DNA of 64,000 nt from a bacterium (GCA_024641305.1 JAHEDI010000004.1:2126-66125), one strand, 5' to 3'. Positions 20,207 to 30,494 are shown, counted from the first letter of the stretch. Translations and numbers: made by a program. The notes: a model not told the origin generated them from the letters alone.

Positions 20207-21541
20207 TCAACCGTCGAGATCAAGCTGTTCGATGAGGGCAGCTGGATCAACTCCGGCTCGATCGGACGTGAGTTGATCGACGATAACGCGGTCCTTCAGG
20301 GTGGTCGGTTCTGGTTCACTGAGGAGCAGTCCGTCAGGCGCCCGAACGAGGACCACATCGGCCAGCTCACTCGGATCCTGGTGGTTGCCGGTGACCATCA
20401 CGATGCCGCCCGTGTCGAGTTCGAGCAGCGATCCCACCGGATACACGCCAACCATCTTGATGAAGGTCTGCACAAGGTCAGGGTCGTACAAAGACCCGGC
20501 CCCCTGAAGCAGTACCCGCAGGGCACGGTTGGGCGTTTCGGCTCGCCGGTAACTGCGCCGGGTGGTCAGTGCGTCATATGTGTCGGCGGTGGACACCAGA
20601 CGACTGAAGAAGTGGGCGGGGCGCGAGTAGGTCAGATTTGGATATCCCTGCCGGTCATACCGGGCGTGATGTTCGAACGCGACGACCGCAGCAATCTCCT
20701 GACCAGGGGCAGCCGCAGCCAAAATGGCAGCAGCACCCTCCTGTGGGTGGAGCTTGATCTCGGCCCACTGCTCGGTATCGAGGCGTCCGGGCCATTGCAG
20801 GGTTTGGAGGGGAACCCGAACTTTGCCAATGTCGTGAAGTAATGCGCCGACGGCCAGAAGCTTGATCTCCTCTTCGGCTAGACCAACCATCCTCGCCAGA
20901 GCGATGGCGAGGATACAAACGTTTACGGAGTGGTAGAACGTGTATTCGTCGTGGCTCTTCATGGTCGAGAGCAACACGGAGGCGGCCGGCTGGGAGAGCG
21001 TTTGCTCGACAAGTTGTTCAACGACCCACGTGGCTCCCGTCAAGTCGAACGACTCATCCGAATCGAGTGCCAGGGACACGCCGCGCAGAACATCAAGCGA
21101 CCGGGCATATGAGCGACGAAGGCCCGTAAATCCGGTGTCGGTTTCGAGCTCCGATCGGGAGTACGGTCGCTCGTTCAGACGGATGGTGCCTTCAGCGGGC
21201 ACATCACCAGATGTCGCCGCCAGGAAGGCGGCCAGGTCATGGACATCGCCCCGAGAAACTCTTGAGGTCAACGTGACAGAATCCACCCCGCGAGCTTGCA
21301 TGTCGCGCAGCAAACGGTTGAACTCCAGCGAGGCGTGCGGCAAGATCGTACGTTCCAGGTACAAAGAATCGCCGATGATCGTGATGGATGTCTCGGCGGA
21401 GTCGTCCAATAGGACGTTGGCCGCGTCGGTCGCCTTGTTCACTACCTCCACCAGGGCGGGATGTTCTTCGGGGTAGAGCGCCATCTGGCGGCTTGCCGAC
21501 CGGAGATGGTTAAAGAAGTCGCGCGTTCGCTGATCGCTCAT
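20207..21541 (-). CDS. HD-GYP protein with uncharacterised N-terminal domain
   Basis: HDEYTFYHS, LLHDIGK, HP, EHHARYDRQGYP, ADTYDALT..R.YR. Confidence 0.92.
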   Translation of the reverse strand: MSDQRTRDFFNHLRSASRQMALYPEEHPALVEVVNKATDAANVLLDDSAETSITIIGDSLYLERTILPHASLEFNRLLRDMQARGVDSVTLTSRVSRGDVHDLAAFLAATSGDVPAEGTIRLNERPYSRSELETDTGFTGLRRSYARSLDVLRGVSLALDSDESFDLTGATWVVEQLVEQTLSQPAASVLLSTMKSHDEYTFYHSVNVCILAIALARMVGLAEEEIKLLAVGALLHDIGKVRVPLQTLQWPGRLDTEQWAEIKLHPQEGAAAILAAAAPGQEIAAVVAFEHHARYDRQGYPNLTYSRPAHFFSRLVSTADTYDALTTRRSYRRAETPNRALRVLLQGAGSLYDPDLVQTFIKMVGVYPVGSLLELDTGGIVMVTGNHQDPSELADVVLVRAPDGLLLSEPEPTTLKDRVIVDQLTSDRAGVDPAALIEQLDLDG

Positions 21542-23457
21542 CAGGTGTCCCTTCGTCGGAGTGCGGTCCGGGCCGCTTCGCGCAAACCGCGAGCCTGGGC
21601 ACCCACTACCAACCGCTTTTTGGCTATGACTGTGAGGATTTCCGTGCCGGGTCCGCTATGGCCCGCCCCCAAGGCCAGAATCACCCGAACCTTGTCACTA
21701 TGGCGAGTACGACGATCATTCAGCACCGCCACGAGTACCCCTTCTGATTCAGACGTCCCGGCTGTACCAAGCATTCCAATGCTCGCATGGCGGACCTTCT
21801 CATCCTCATCGCCTATCGCCTTGGCAAGTCGCTGGACCGATCCAGAGCCACTCGTTCCAAGTGCCCGGAGCGCTTCAAGCCGAACCCGGGAATCAGGATG
21901 CTCCCCTGCGGCCACCACGGCCTCGTGGGCGGTCGTGGTTGCGGTCTCACGCAAAACGGTTAGCAAATTCCGCACGACGTACCAGCGTTCGTCACTTAGC
22001 CGGTTTACGATCGGCGCCGGATCTTCAGCCGCTATCTGGCTGAGAAGACCCACGAGCAGCCGACGCCGATTCCGCCCCTCTTCCTCGGCCAATAGATCGA
22101 TCATCGCGTTCACGGCCTTGGGCCCGAGGGCCTGCAACAACCGCAGGGCTGATTCCTGGGCGGAACCCTTCTCGGGCTCCCCTTCCCCCTTTTCGGCTGC
22201 CACAGCCACGATGTGGTTCAGGATTTCAGGACTGGCGATTTGGGAAAGGGAATAGTCGACATCGCTCTCCCGGTGGGGCGCATAGGTCGGTTTGGCGGTG
22301 ACCGACCTGAGCCAGAGTTCTGCCCGACGAAAATCGGATGCCCTGACCGAAGCCGAGACTTTTCCCACCCAGACCCGCATGAGTCTTCGGAAACGATCGT
22401 CGCGATCCTCCACGGCCAATAACCCGCGGAACACCTCAAGGGAATCGTAGAAGTAGCGACGCGGGTCGGGGAATTTGTCCTGGACGATCGCCAGGAACTG
22501 CGCACTGGCTTCAGCGGCTTTGGCCAACTCGCCGAGGCGCTCCTGAACCTTGGCTGCGGCTACCTCACGAACCGATTGCAGGGCTTCAGGGTTCTTGAGG
22601 ATCCCGAGCACTTCCTCCGGCCGATTATCGGCCTGATCTGTGGCAACCCGGGCGTAATCGAGGAGGAGCGCCAGCCCTTGTGAATCGAGTCGCGGGGCCA
22701 GCTTGGCAAGTTCGTGGCCGGCAAATTGATCAAGAAAAGCCCGATCGAACTGTTCGTCCGAGTCCAGAAAACGGCGAAACACCCCCAGTTGGGAGGGTTC
22801 GTCCAGGTAGAAGAACGCCTCGACAAAGGCTTGCACGACACCTTCTCGACCGAAGATGTCTGTGTCGGTGAGGTGCTCGAGCGTCTCGTGATACCGATCG
22901 TAGAAGACCACAATGACCGCTTCAGATTCACCTCCGGCTTCGGCGATGAGAGCTTCGGCGAAGGCCGCCGCATCGACGCCTTCGTCGAGGACCTCCTGGA
23001 CCCTGCCATCACGGTCGGGGGCGTCCTCGGACCCAACCACCCGGAGCATCGAGCGTTGGGCGACCGAGAAACTAACCACCCCATCGCGCCGGAGCTCCGC
23101 TTCGATACCGCCCGAAGCCCCCGAGCTTGATTCGTCTTTGGCGAGACTCCTGAACAATCGGTCGACGTCTCGCGGGCTCGGGGCGGCCACGACCGACAGC
23201 CCTTCCACCCGATGCAGGTAGCACCGCTTGGCAAATCGGTCCGCTCCCTCACGATCGGTTTCTACGGGCTCGCCGGCGTAGGAGAATCCGGAGCTATCGA
23301 GGTCAAGGTGGATTCCATCGCTCGATGCCTCCTGAAGCAGCTCGACCGCCCGACGGAACGCTGGTTGCGATTCAGGTTCAGGGTACAGGCTGAAAACGGT
23401 CCACGCCGTCCCCAATGCCTCAACAATCGTCCCTGGTCGTGGTTCAGCCGCCATCAT
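21541..23457 (-). CDS. HEAT-repeat protein with uncharacterised N-terminal domain
   Basis: C-terminal HEAT/PBS-lyase-like repeats (LSDERWYVVRN, HPDSRVRLEALRAL, DEDEKVRHASIGML). Confidence 0.85.
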   Translation of the reverse strand: MMAAEPRPGTIVEALGTAWTVFSLYPEPESQPAFRRAVELLQEASSDGIHLDLDSSGFSYAGEPVETDREGADRFAKRCYLHRVEGLSVVAAPSPRDVDRLFRSLAKDESSSGASGGIEAELRRDGVVSFSVAQRSMLRVVGSEDAPDRDGRVQEVLDEGVDAAAFAEALIAEAGGESEAVIVVFYDRYHETLEHLTDTDIFGREGVVQAFVEAFFYLDEPSQLGVFRRFLDSDEQFDRAFLDQFAGHELAKLAPRLDSQGLALLLDYARVATDQADNRPEEVLGILKNPEALQSVREVAAAKVQERLGELAKAAEASAQFLAIVQDKFPDPRRYFYDSLEVFRGLLAVEDRDDRFRRLMRVWVGKVSASVRASDFRRAELWLRSVTAKPTYAPHRESDVDYSLSQIASPEILNHIVAVAAEKGEGEPEKGSAQESALRLLQALGPKAVNAMIDLLAEEEGRNRRRLLVGLLSQIAAEDPAPIVNRLSDERWYVVRNLLTVLRETATTTAHEAVVAAGEHPDSRVRLEALRALGTSGSGSVQRLAKAIGDEDEKVRHASIGMLGTAGTSESEGVLVAVLNDRRTRHSDKVRVILALGAGHSGPGTEILTVIAKKRLVVGAQARGLREAARTALRRRDT

Positions 23458-24104
23458 TCCATCGATATGAGTTCTTCACGCAACGCATACATCACAGCCT
23501 CACCGCGGGAATGCAACCCGAGCTTGTCCAGGATGTTCCGCACATGGTTCTTGACCGTATTTTCCGAGATGTACAAACGTTCGCCGATCTCGCGACTCGT
23601 GAGGCCCCTGGCAATGAACTGGAGCACCTCCACCTCGCGACCGGTCAACGCCGGCTTTCGAGCGCTAACCACATCCTTGTGGCGCAGCAATTGAGCGACG
23701 GTCCCAAACAGCTTTCCGAGCATCGCCGGCGAGACAACCGCACCGCCGTGGACCACCGCCTCGATCCCGGCGACCAGTTCTGGAAGCGGCGTGGTCTTGA
23801 CGATGTAGCCCATGGCACCCGAGCGGATCGCCGCCAGAAGATCTTCGCCGGACTCCGACGAAGTCAGCAAAACCACCTTCGTTTTCGGAGCAGCCAGAAT
23901 GATCTTGTCCACGACGTCAAGACCGGAGATTCCCGGCATCAGAACGTCGAGAACGACAATGTCAGGCTGTAGCTGTGACGCCTTGGCAACCGCCGCCATG
24001 GCATCTTGGGCTTCCCCAACCACGTCGAGGCCCGCCCCACCGAGAGCGGACGTCAGCCCGGCTTGAAAAAGCACGGCATCGTCGACGACCAGAACACTTG
24101 TCAT
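23454..24104 (-). CDS. NarL/LuxR-family response regulator (orphan)
   Basis: VVDD, LDVLMP, GYIVK; LT.REVEVL..G....EI...LYISENTVKNHV. Confidence 0.95.
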   Translation of the reverse strand: MTSVLVVDDAVLFQAGLTSALGGAGLDVVGEAQDAMAAVAKASQLQPDIVVLDVLMPGISGLDVVDKIILAAPKTKVVLLTSSESGEDLLAAIRSGAMGYIVKTTPLPELVAGIEAVVHGGAVVSPAMLGKLFGTVAQLLRHKDVVSARKPALTGREVEVLQFIARGLTSREIGERLYISENTVKNHVRNILDKLGLHSRGEAVMYALREELISME

Positions 24105-24637
24105 CGAGGTTCGATCAAGCCATATGCTCCGTCGCGACGACGATAGAGGACACTGTCCAGATCCGTGTCGGCGTTGCGAAAGTAAAAGAATTCGTGTCCG
24201 AGCATGTCGAGTTGAAGGATCGCTTCCTCAGGTGTCATCGGCTTGAGTTGAAATTGCTTGACCCGAACGATCTCAGGCTCGATTTGATCGCCAGTGGCCG
24301 GAGTGTCGGATTTGTCCTGACGAGGCTGACGGGATCGCTGGACCATACGATCGCGCAGTCGACGAAGCTGCTTCTCAAATCGGTCAACCGCCAGATCGAG
24401 GGCCGCCATCGGGGTGGACGATGCCGACTCGACCCGTACCAGATGACCGCCTGCCCGACACGTGATCTCAACGCGGTATTTCTCAGGAGCCAGCCGGGGG
24501 TTCTGTTCTTCCGACAATTCGACATCGGCGTCCCCGGTGCCCTCGAAAAAGCGAGCAGCATGGGCGATCTTGGATTCGGCGGCTTCGCGAAACTCTTGAT
24601 CGATGTCAACGTGGCGGCTGTGGAGCTGAACTATCAA
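24101..24637 (-). CDS. hpf: Ribosome hibernation promoting factor, long form
   Basis: S30AE N-domain; C-domain KPMTPEEAILQL..LGH.F..F...YRRRDG.YGLI. Confidence 0.93.
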   Translation of the reverse strand: MIVQLHSRHVDIDQEFREAAESKIAHAARFFEGTGDADVELSEEQNPRLAPEKYRVEITCRAGGHLVRVESASSTPMAALDLAVDRFEKQLRRLRDRMVQRSRQPRQDKSDTPATGDQIEPEIVRVKQFQLKPMTPEEAILQLDMLGHEFFYFRNADTDLDSVLYRRRDGAYGLIEPR

Positions 24638-24649
24638 GATGACCCCATT

Positions 24650-25246
24650 TCATCGTCGTGATCGCAGACTAGTCACTTCGGATGCCGATGTGGCGACCAC
24701 TGATTGCACAATTATCGGGAAATTTGCCTGCAACGTTCCGACCGCATGAGCCAACGTCGAACCGGTCGTCAGAACATCATCGACGACAACCAACCTGACA
24801 AGACCACGGCCCAATTCCTTCGCTTGCACGGTGAAAATCGGAGCTTGTCGATCGGCGGCACGGGCCCCGGCATTGGCAGGTGACCACCAGGCGGGATGCA
24901 AGGCAGCGACCACAGGCAATCCCAATTCGGCGGCTACCACCCTGGCCAATTCAAGGCTCTGATCGATGCCGTACCGCCACCGGCGCAGGTGTACCCGTGG
25001 TACGTACGTAACGGCGTCAACGGGGACCCTGACCTGACCGGCCATTGCACCGCCAAGAACCCGACCGGCGGACCGGATCCCTTCATACTTGAGTCGGTGG
25101 ACGAGCACTCTGGCCGGCCCACTGTGCTCGAATGCGGCCCGCACGACCCGGCCGACGACCAGCCGATCGGCGGCCGGCCGCAACCGGCGGCTGCACCCTT
25201 CACACACATAGCGAGCTGACCACGCACGACATGCCAAACAGACCAT
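24650..25246 (-). CDS. ComF-family phosphoribosyltransferase-like protein
   Basis: CxxC..CxxC, HRLKY, VVVDDVLTTGSTL; upstream of hpf. Confidence 0.88.
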   Translation of the reverse strand: MVCLACRAWSARYVCEGCSRRLRPAADRLVVGRVVRAAFEHSGPARVLVHRLKYEGIRSAGRVLGGAMAGQVRVPVDAVTYVPRVHLRRWRYGIDQSLELARVVAAELGLPVVAALHPAWWSPANAGARAADRQAPIFTVQAKELGRGLVRLVVVDDVLTTGSTLAHAVGTLQANFPIIVQSVVATSASEVTSLRSRR

Positions 25247-25313
25247 GGACCGATCGTATGCTGCGGTAGGGACATTTCTCTGTCCACCGCCGGCAACGCC
25301 CGGATGTGCGCAC

Positions 25314-25484
25314 CTACGATCTGGTCGCGTCCGCCAGGATCATGTTGGCGATACCATCAACCACCGCGTACCTGAGGCCACACTTCGTGCACACAAGTGT
25401 GGACGCCTCAAGGTCTTCGGTGAGATCGCCGTGGCAGTCGGTACAGACAAGGATCGCCGCCAGTCGCTGGTCGATCAGACCCAT
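25314..25484 (-). CDS. Trm112-family small protein
   Basis: L.AILVCTDCHG.L...L.C..CG.RY.V.DGI..M; follows manB. Confidence 0.88.
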   Translation of the reverse strand: MGLIDQRLAAILVCTDCHGDLTEDLEASTLVCTKCGLRYAVVDGIANMILADATRS

Positions 25485-25485
25485 T

Positions 25486-26859
25486 TCAACCTCCGATAAT
25501 CGATTGAATTTGATGAAGAAGCGCTTCGACCCGCTCGTCCGTACTCGCTTCGACGTTGATCCGAAGAACGGGTTCGGTATTTGACGCCCGAACATTGAAC
25601 CACTCATCGGCCCAACCGACGGTCAGCCCATCAAGACCATCCTGAGTGCCATCGCCAAAAGCAGCTGCCAGCCGCTCGATCGCCCCAGCCTTATCGACGA
25701 CCGACAGGTTGATTTCACCAGATTGGCAATACGGCTCCACTGTCGAGCGCAATTCGGAGAGGGGCCTGCCGGCTTCCGACATGACCTGGAGGAGAACCAA
25801 CATCGCCAGCATGCCGCTATCGGCTCGGAAGTTCTCCTTGAAGTAGTAATGGCCGCTGTGTTCGCCGCCGAAAACCGCCCCCGTCTCGGCCATGATCTGT
25901 TTGATATAACTGTGCCCGACCTTGGTCCGGATCGGGACACCGCCAGCTTTGAGAATGGTTTCGGCCACCGCCCTGGACGTAATGAGGTTATGGACGATCG
26001 AAGCTCCTGGTTTCCTTTCAAGAAACCACCGGGCGATGAGGGCGGTCGTAGTGGACCCCGATAGCGGCACGCCGAGTTCGTCGACGAAAAACGCTCGGTC
26101 GGCATCCCCATCAAAGGCGACGCCGAGGTCGGGATGATCCCTCACCACGAGTTCGACGAGGTCGACGAGGTTCTCTGGCTCAAGCGGGTTGGCAGGATGA
26201 TTTGGGAACGTCCCATCAGGCTCAAGATAAAGACCGACCAGCGAAGCCGCCGTTCGGGCAAAGACGTCCTCGACCACCACTCCCGCCATCCCATTGCCAC
26301 CATCGACCGCCACTTTCAGATCCGAGATGGCTGCTGCGTCGACAATCGAAAAGAGATGGTCAATGTATCCGCCTGCGATCGAGACCGTACGACGTCCACC
26401 TTGCGGAGCGACGTCTGGCAACGACTCCCCCGCCATCTGGCGAATATCGATGAGGCCGGATTCAACCCCGATCGGGCTGGCACCAGGGCCACACAACTTG
26501 ATCCCGTTGTATTCCGATGGATTGTGCGAGGCCGTGATCATGACTCCAGGCACCTCTTGAGCGCCTGAGGCGTAGTAGATCATGTCGGTAGCCACTTCAC
26601 CGGCATCGGCGACACTCAAGCCCCCGACCTGGATTCCAGTCATAAGAGCATCAGCCAACCACGGCGAGGAGTCGCGACAATCACGCCCGACGACGACCTC
26701 GAGGACGTTGGGATATTGGGCGGAAATGAAGCCGGCAAAGGCCCGGCCGATAGCCCGAGCCGCCTCGCCGTCCAGCTCACCAGTGTCGGTTCGCCCACGA
26801 ATGTCATAGGCCTTGAAGATGGCGTCGAGCTGAATTTGAGACTCCGTTGGCAGGGCCAA
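25486..26859 (-). CDS. manB: Phosphomannomutase/phosphoglucomutase
   Basis: FKAYDIRG, TASHNP, DGDADR, GEHSGH, RASNTEP; start uncertain (TTG 26859). Confidence 0.93.
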   Translation of the reverse strand: MALPTESQIQLDAIFKAYDIRGRTDTGELDGEAARAIGRAFAGFISAQYPNVLEVVVGRDCRDSSPWLADALMTGIQVGGLSVADAGEVATDMIYYASGAQEVPGVMITASHNPSEYNGIKLCGPGASPIGVESGLIDIRQMAGESLPDVAPQGGRRTVSIAGGYIDHLFSIVDAAAISDLKVAVDGGNGMAGVVVEDVFARTAASLVGLYLEPDGTFPNHPANPLEPENLVDLVELVVRDHPDLGVAFDGDADRAFFVDELGVPLSGSTTTALIARWFLERKPGASIVHNLITSRAVAETILKAGGVPIRTKVGHSYIKQIMAETGAVFGGEHSGHYYFKENFRADSGMLAMLVLLQVMSEAGRPLSELRSTVEPYCQSGEINLSVVDKAGAIERLAAAFGDGTQDGLDGLTVGWADEWFNVRASNTEPVLRINVEASTDERVEALLHQIQSIIGG

Positions 26860-26907
26860 CCATGATAGGCCGGATCTAGATCGTCCGGCTGGCTCTAGAC
26901 TCTGATC

Positions 26908-27633
26908 ATGCCTTTGCTTTCCATTGTTGTGCCGGTTCACAACGAGGCCGCCTACATCGCAGACTTCCTTCCGGCCATGACCAACGAAATCGTCGACGCC
27001 ACCGGCAGTCCGCAAGAGTTGATCGTCGTGGAGAACGGCTCGACCGACGGCACCGCCCAACTGGCCAATGATCTCTGCGAAAATCTCCGCACCCTCGGGT
27101 GGAAAGCCGAGGTCATCTCGCTGCCGTTCCCCGACTACGGAGCCGCCATGCGAGCCGGCTTCGAACAGTCACACGGCGACTGGGTCGTGAACTTCGACAT
27201 TGACTATTTCTCGGGCCCGTTTGTTGCCGGTCTGATCGCTACAAGCGCCGACATCGTCATCGCCTCAAAACGGGCCCCTGAAAGCGAAGACCACCGCAGT
27301 CTGCTGCGCCGGACTGGCACATTCGGATTCAACGTGCTTCTTAAATTCCTCGTTGGATCAACGGTCACGGATACCCATGGAATCAAGGCATTCCGAAGGA
27401 CGGTCATCGATTCCATGCTGGATACGGTGCAGTCCAACAAGGATCTCTTCGATACCGAACTGGTCATCCGATCCGAACGAGCCGGCTTCTCCATTGCCGA
27501 GGTACCGATCATCGTGGAAGAACGTCGGGCGGCCAGAACCCCCTTTGTGAAGCGAATCCCACGAACACTCAAAGGACTGGTTCAGCTCCGGGCATCGTTC
27601 GAAAGAGAACGTCGGAACACCAGGTCTCGATAA
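26908..27633 (+). CDS. GT2 glycosyltransferase (polyprenyl-phosphate sugar synthase-like)
   Basis: VPVHNE, ENGSTDGT, DxD (DID), DT.GIKAF, DTELV. Confidence 0.9.
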   Translation: MPLLSIVVPVHNEAAYIADFLPAMTNEIVDATGSPQELIVVENGSTDGTAQLANDLCENLRTLGWKAEVISLPFPDYGAAMRAGFEQSHGDWVVNFDIDYFSGPFVAGLIATSADIVIASKRAPESEDHRSLLRRTGTFGFNVLLKFLVGSTVTDTHGIKAFRRTVIDSMLDTVQSNKDLFDTELVIRSERAGFSIAEVPIIVEERRAARTPFVKRIPRTLKGLVQLRASFERERRNTRSR

Positions 27634-28028
27634 CCGGCAAACTTCGGAAAAAGAACCAGTACGGTAGCGGCGACCTTGGCGCCGTTGAAGGCCGCCAGGT
27701 TGTCTCCGAACCACAGTTCAGCCAGTGCCACAAACCCGGACGTTACGGCCAGAGCGAATCCATTGACCAGGAAGAACGCCGCCGTCTCGCGCATCGACTT
27801 CTTCCCGTCGGTGATCAAGAACGTGAAACGACGGTTCATCAAATATGAGGCGCCGGTGGCGGTGGTAAACGCCAGCACAACCGAGACTTGGGAAGAAAAG
27901 CCCAAACCAGCTTTGAAGACATTGGCCAGCACAAAATCAAGAACCGTATTCAAGCCGCCAATGACGGCCAGCCTCATGAACTGATTGGCGCTGGTCCGGT
28001 TGAAGAAGCTCAGCAAATAGGCTTTCAT
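27582..28028 (-). CDS. GtrA-family flippase-like membrane protein
   Basis: F.R.A.IG..NT..D, SY.MNRRFTF, 4 TM segments. Confidence 0.88.
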   Translation of the reverse strand: MKAYLLSFFNRTSANQFMRLAVIGGLNTVLDFVLANVFKAGLGFSSQVSVVLAFTTATGASYLMNRRFTFLITDGKKSMRETAAFFLVNGFALAVTSGFVALAELWFGDNLAAFNGAKVAATVLVLFPKFAGYRDLVFRRSLSNDARS

Positions 28029-30286
28029 GCCTCTTTCCTTCTCGCGACGACAAAGCCGGCTACCAGCAGGGCAATTCCGGATGCCGTCATCGCAATACCA
28101 ACCTTCTCAAAGATGGTTCTGGTGAAATCCATCTCGACGTGACCCTCGGTGGGGACGACGATCATCAACGACGGACTGGCCCTCCACGGCCCGTCTGCTC
28201 CGGTAGCCTGCCAGTTCGGAAAGTACGACACCTTCACAAGGTGAGGTACCCCGATGGCGGTGGTATCGAATTCGAAGTGACCGTTATCACTCACAATATT
28301 CGACACGACCCCGGAATCCTTGAGTGGTGTCGATACGCTCTCAAGCAGAGAAAGGTCGTCGATTCGTGGCCAATCTGCCGGGCCGTCCGCCACCAGCCAA
28401 TTATCGAGGAGTTCGAGATCGTCGTACCATTCGAGCGCCACATCGTTGAAGTTCGACGCTTCCTCACTTCCCAGCCTAAGTCCACCTTCGGTTTCGAAGA
28501 CGACCGGCTGATTGACGGCAACGTCGACCAGCTGAGTCGGGGGCAACGCGAAGACCCGGTGTGGGTCAATGCGGGCGATCTCACGGAGTTCGGGATGGGC
28601 GAGCGCCTCCTCGGCGGCCTCAGGGGTAAACGTCACGTAATAATTGACTCCGTAGACGGCCAGGTGGGCGATACCGCGATCGAAGTCAAAGTTGTGATAG
28701 GTCAAACCAGGAATCGGATTCGACGGCCGGAAACTCATCTCACCGGCGTTGATGAAGTGAAACGGCGTGGTGATGGATGATTCAAAGAAGAGTCCCTCCA
28801 TCGAGGCTTGCCGAGTCCAGTAGGGAAACAGCATGAGCGCCATCGGCGTCCCGTACTCGCGGTCCATGTCGTTGTTGGCTTCCCACTGAATTCGCCCAGC
28901 CGGTAGAACGTCGACCGCTTCCATGAGCCGTTGGTACTGGTCAAATCCCGGTTTCTGTTCATAGCCGCTGAAGTTCCATGCGGCCCAGCCGGAAACGAAA
29001 CTTAATCCGGCCAGCGACTGGACGAGAATGAACCCGCTGGCCAGGAGCACCATCGACGGGCCAGTTTTGACTTTCGCCCCGGCGATCTCCACTCCCCCCC
29101 AAACGAGAATCGCCAACGCCGCAACGCCGCCTGCCCACCATTGGACCTCAACGGACCCTTTCCAAAATCCCGCCGCCAACGCAACCAGGGCCCCGATCAG
29201 GAGCGGCGCCTTGAGCCAACCAACTGAAATCCTGGTCGGTAGACGCCTGGCAACCGCCTTCGATGCAACCCCGACGGTGACACCAGTGAGCATCGATATG
29301 CCGAAGAACCAAAATGGCAGCAACCGACCATTCCAGAGCTTCCAGGTTCCTGAAAACCAACCCATCTGACTGGCGATCGTGGGGACCCAGAAGTACAAGA
29401 CCGGAAGGAACGTCAGGACGACCATCGGGGCCCAGTTCTTGGTTCGCCTGATCAGCCATCCCGCCCCGAACATCGCCGGAGGCAGCAAGAGCCAAATCTC
29501 GGACGGGAGGATCTCCCCCCAGGTCTTCAGCGGCACCCAGCTCATGTCAGAGGTTTGGTTGAGCCTGGCAATGAGCGGGACAGCCCAGAAGCCGGCCACT
29601 GCAAAGCCCCATAGCCAGACCACCCCGGTCTTGAGGAACCCCCGCTTCCAGAACAGGATTGGGATGCTCGCCAGCACGAACATCCCGGTCGTAATCACAT
29701 GCGATAGAGCCGTGCAAGCCAGCAACAGGACCGCCAGCGGAACATACCGTGGCGAAACCCGGACGGCCTTGATGAGGGTCGCCAGATAGAACAAACCCAA
29801 CGCAAAGGACCATGAATATGAAAATTCGCCAGCCATCGTCGACGGAGCATTCCCTCCGAAGATCGTGAACGACTCAATAAAGACGAAGGTTCCACCCGCT
29901 ACACCGGCCGCCGTGCCAACCCACCGGTCCAACCCCAAGGCCCGCCCGAACACATATGAGGCGGCCGGAGTAGCCAGCAAACCCGCCACCGTCACAATCT
30001 TGAAAGCCACGCCGTACGGAAGCAGCAGATCGAGAAAGACGATGACCAGTGAGGGCAAAGGGAAGTAGAAGTAGAAGGCGGGGAACCCGGCGAACCAGGC
30101 GTCACTCCAGCCAAGGATCTGGAAATTGGGCAGCAGATCATCCCGCAGGATGGCCGGTCCAAGGACATGGGCGCCCATATCCCCCCCGGTCGGGGTATTG
30201 ATTGTCAGAATGAGCCACGGTTGCACAGCGAAGAAAATCGCCGCCGTTACGGCGGCGATTGCAAGTCGCGGCACCCATGGGGACAC
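28025..30286 (-). CDS. Polytopic GT-C-like membrane protein ('PTPS-related'/YfhO-like)
   Basis: GGDMGAH, GW...WFAGFP..FYFPL; many TM segments; C-terminal VKVSYFPNW; start trimmed to avoid the upstream small ORF. Confidence 0.8.
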   Translation of the reverse strand: MSPWVPRLAIAAVTAAIFFAVQPWLILTINTPTGGDMGAHVLGPAILRDDLLPNFQILGWSDAWFAGFPAFYFYFPLPSLVIVFLDLLLPYGVAFKIVTVAGLLATPAASYVFGRALGLDRWVGTAAGVAGGTFVFIESFTIFGGNAPSTMAGEFSYSWSFALGLFYLATLIKAVRVSPRYVPLAVLLLACTALSHVITTGMFVLASIPILFWKRGFLKTGVVWLWGFAVAGFWAVPLIARLNQTSDMSWVPLKTWGEILPSEIWLLLPPAMFGAGWLIRRTKNWAPMVVLTFLPVLYFWVPTIASQMGWFSGTWKLWNGRLLPFWFFGISMLTGVTVGVASKAVARRLPTRISVGWLKAPLLIGALVALAAGFWKGSVEVQWWAGGVAALAILVWGGVEIAGAKVKTGPSMVLLASGFILVQSLAGLSFVSGWAAWNFSGYEQKPGFDQYQRLMEAVDVLPAGRIQWEANNDMDREYGTPMALMLFPYWTRQASMEGLFFESSITTPFHFINAGEMSFRPSNPIPGLTYHNFDFDRGIAHLAVYGVNYYVTFTPEAAEEALAHPELREIARIDPHRVFALPPTQLVDVAVNQPVVFETEGGLRLGSEEASNFNDVALEWYDDLELLDNWLVADGPADWPRIDDLSLLESVSTPLKDSGVVSNIVSDNGHFEFDTTAIGVPHLVKVSYFPNWQATGADGPWRASPSLMIVVPTEGHVEMDFTRTIFEKVGIAMTASGIALLVAGFVVARRKEA

Positions 30287-30317
30287 CGCCTGGTCGGCGG
30301 TGCCCGAGGCCCTCCCG

Positions 30318-30494
30318 CTAGGCGCGGGCCTTCCTGGCGAGTTCCAGTACGTCCGCAAGCGCGATCTCTCGTCCTTGATGGTCCCACCATCGTTCGTCAC
30401 ACTTATGGCATGAGAAAAAATCGATCTCAGTACCGTCCGGTAACTTCTGGTGAATTTCAATCACGTCTTCGACGCGGCATGTAGGGCACATCAT
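30318..30494 (-). CDS. 58-aa zinc-ribbon protein
   Basis: CPTC..x21..SCHKCDERWW; SD GGAGG; TTGGCG-18-TACACT promoter upstream. Confidence 0.75.
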   Translation of the reverse strand: MMCPTCRVEDVIEIHQKLPDGTEIDFFSCHKCDERWWDHQGREIALADVLELARKARA

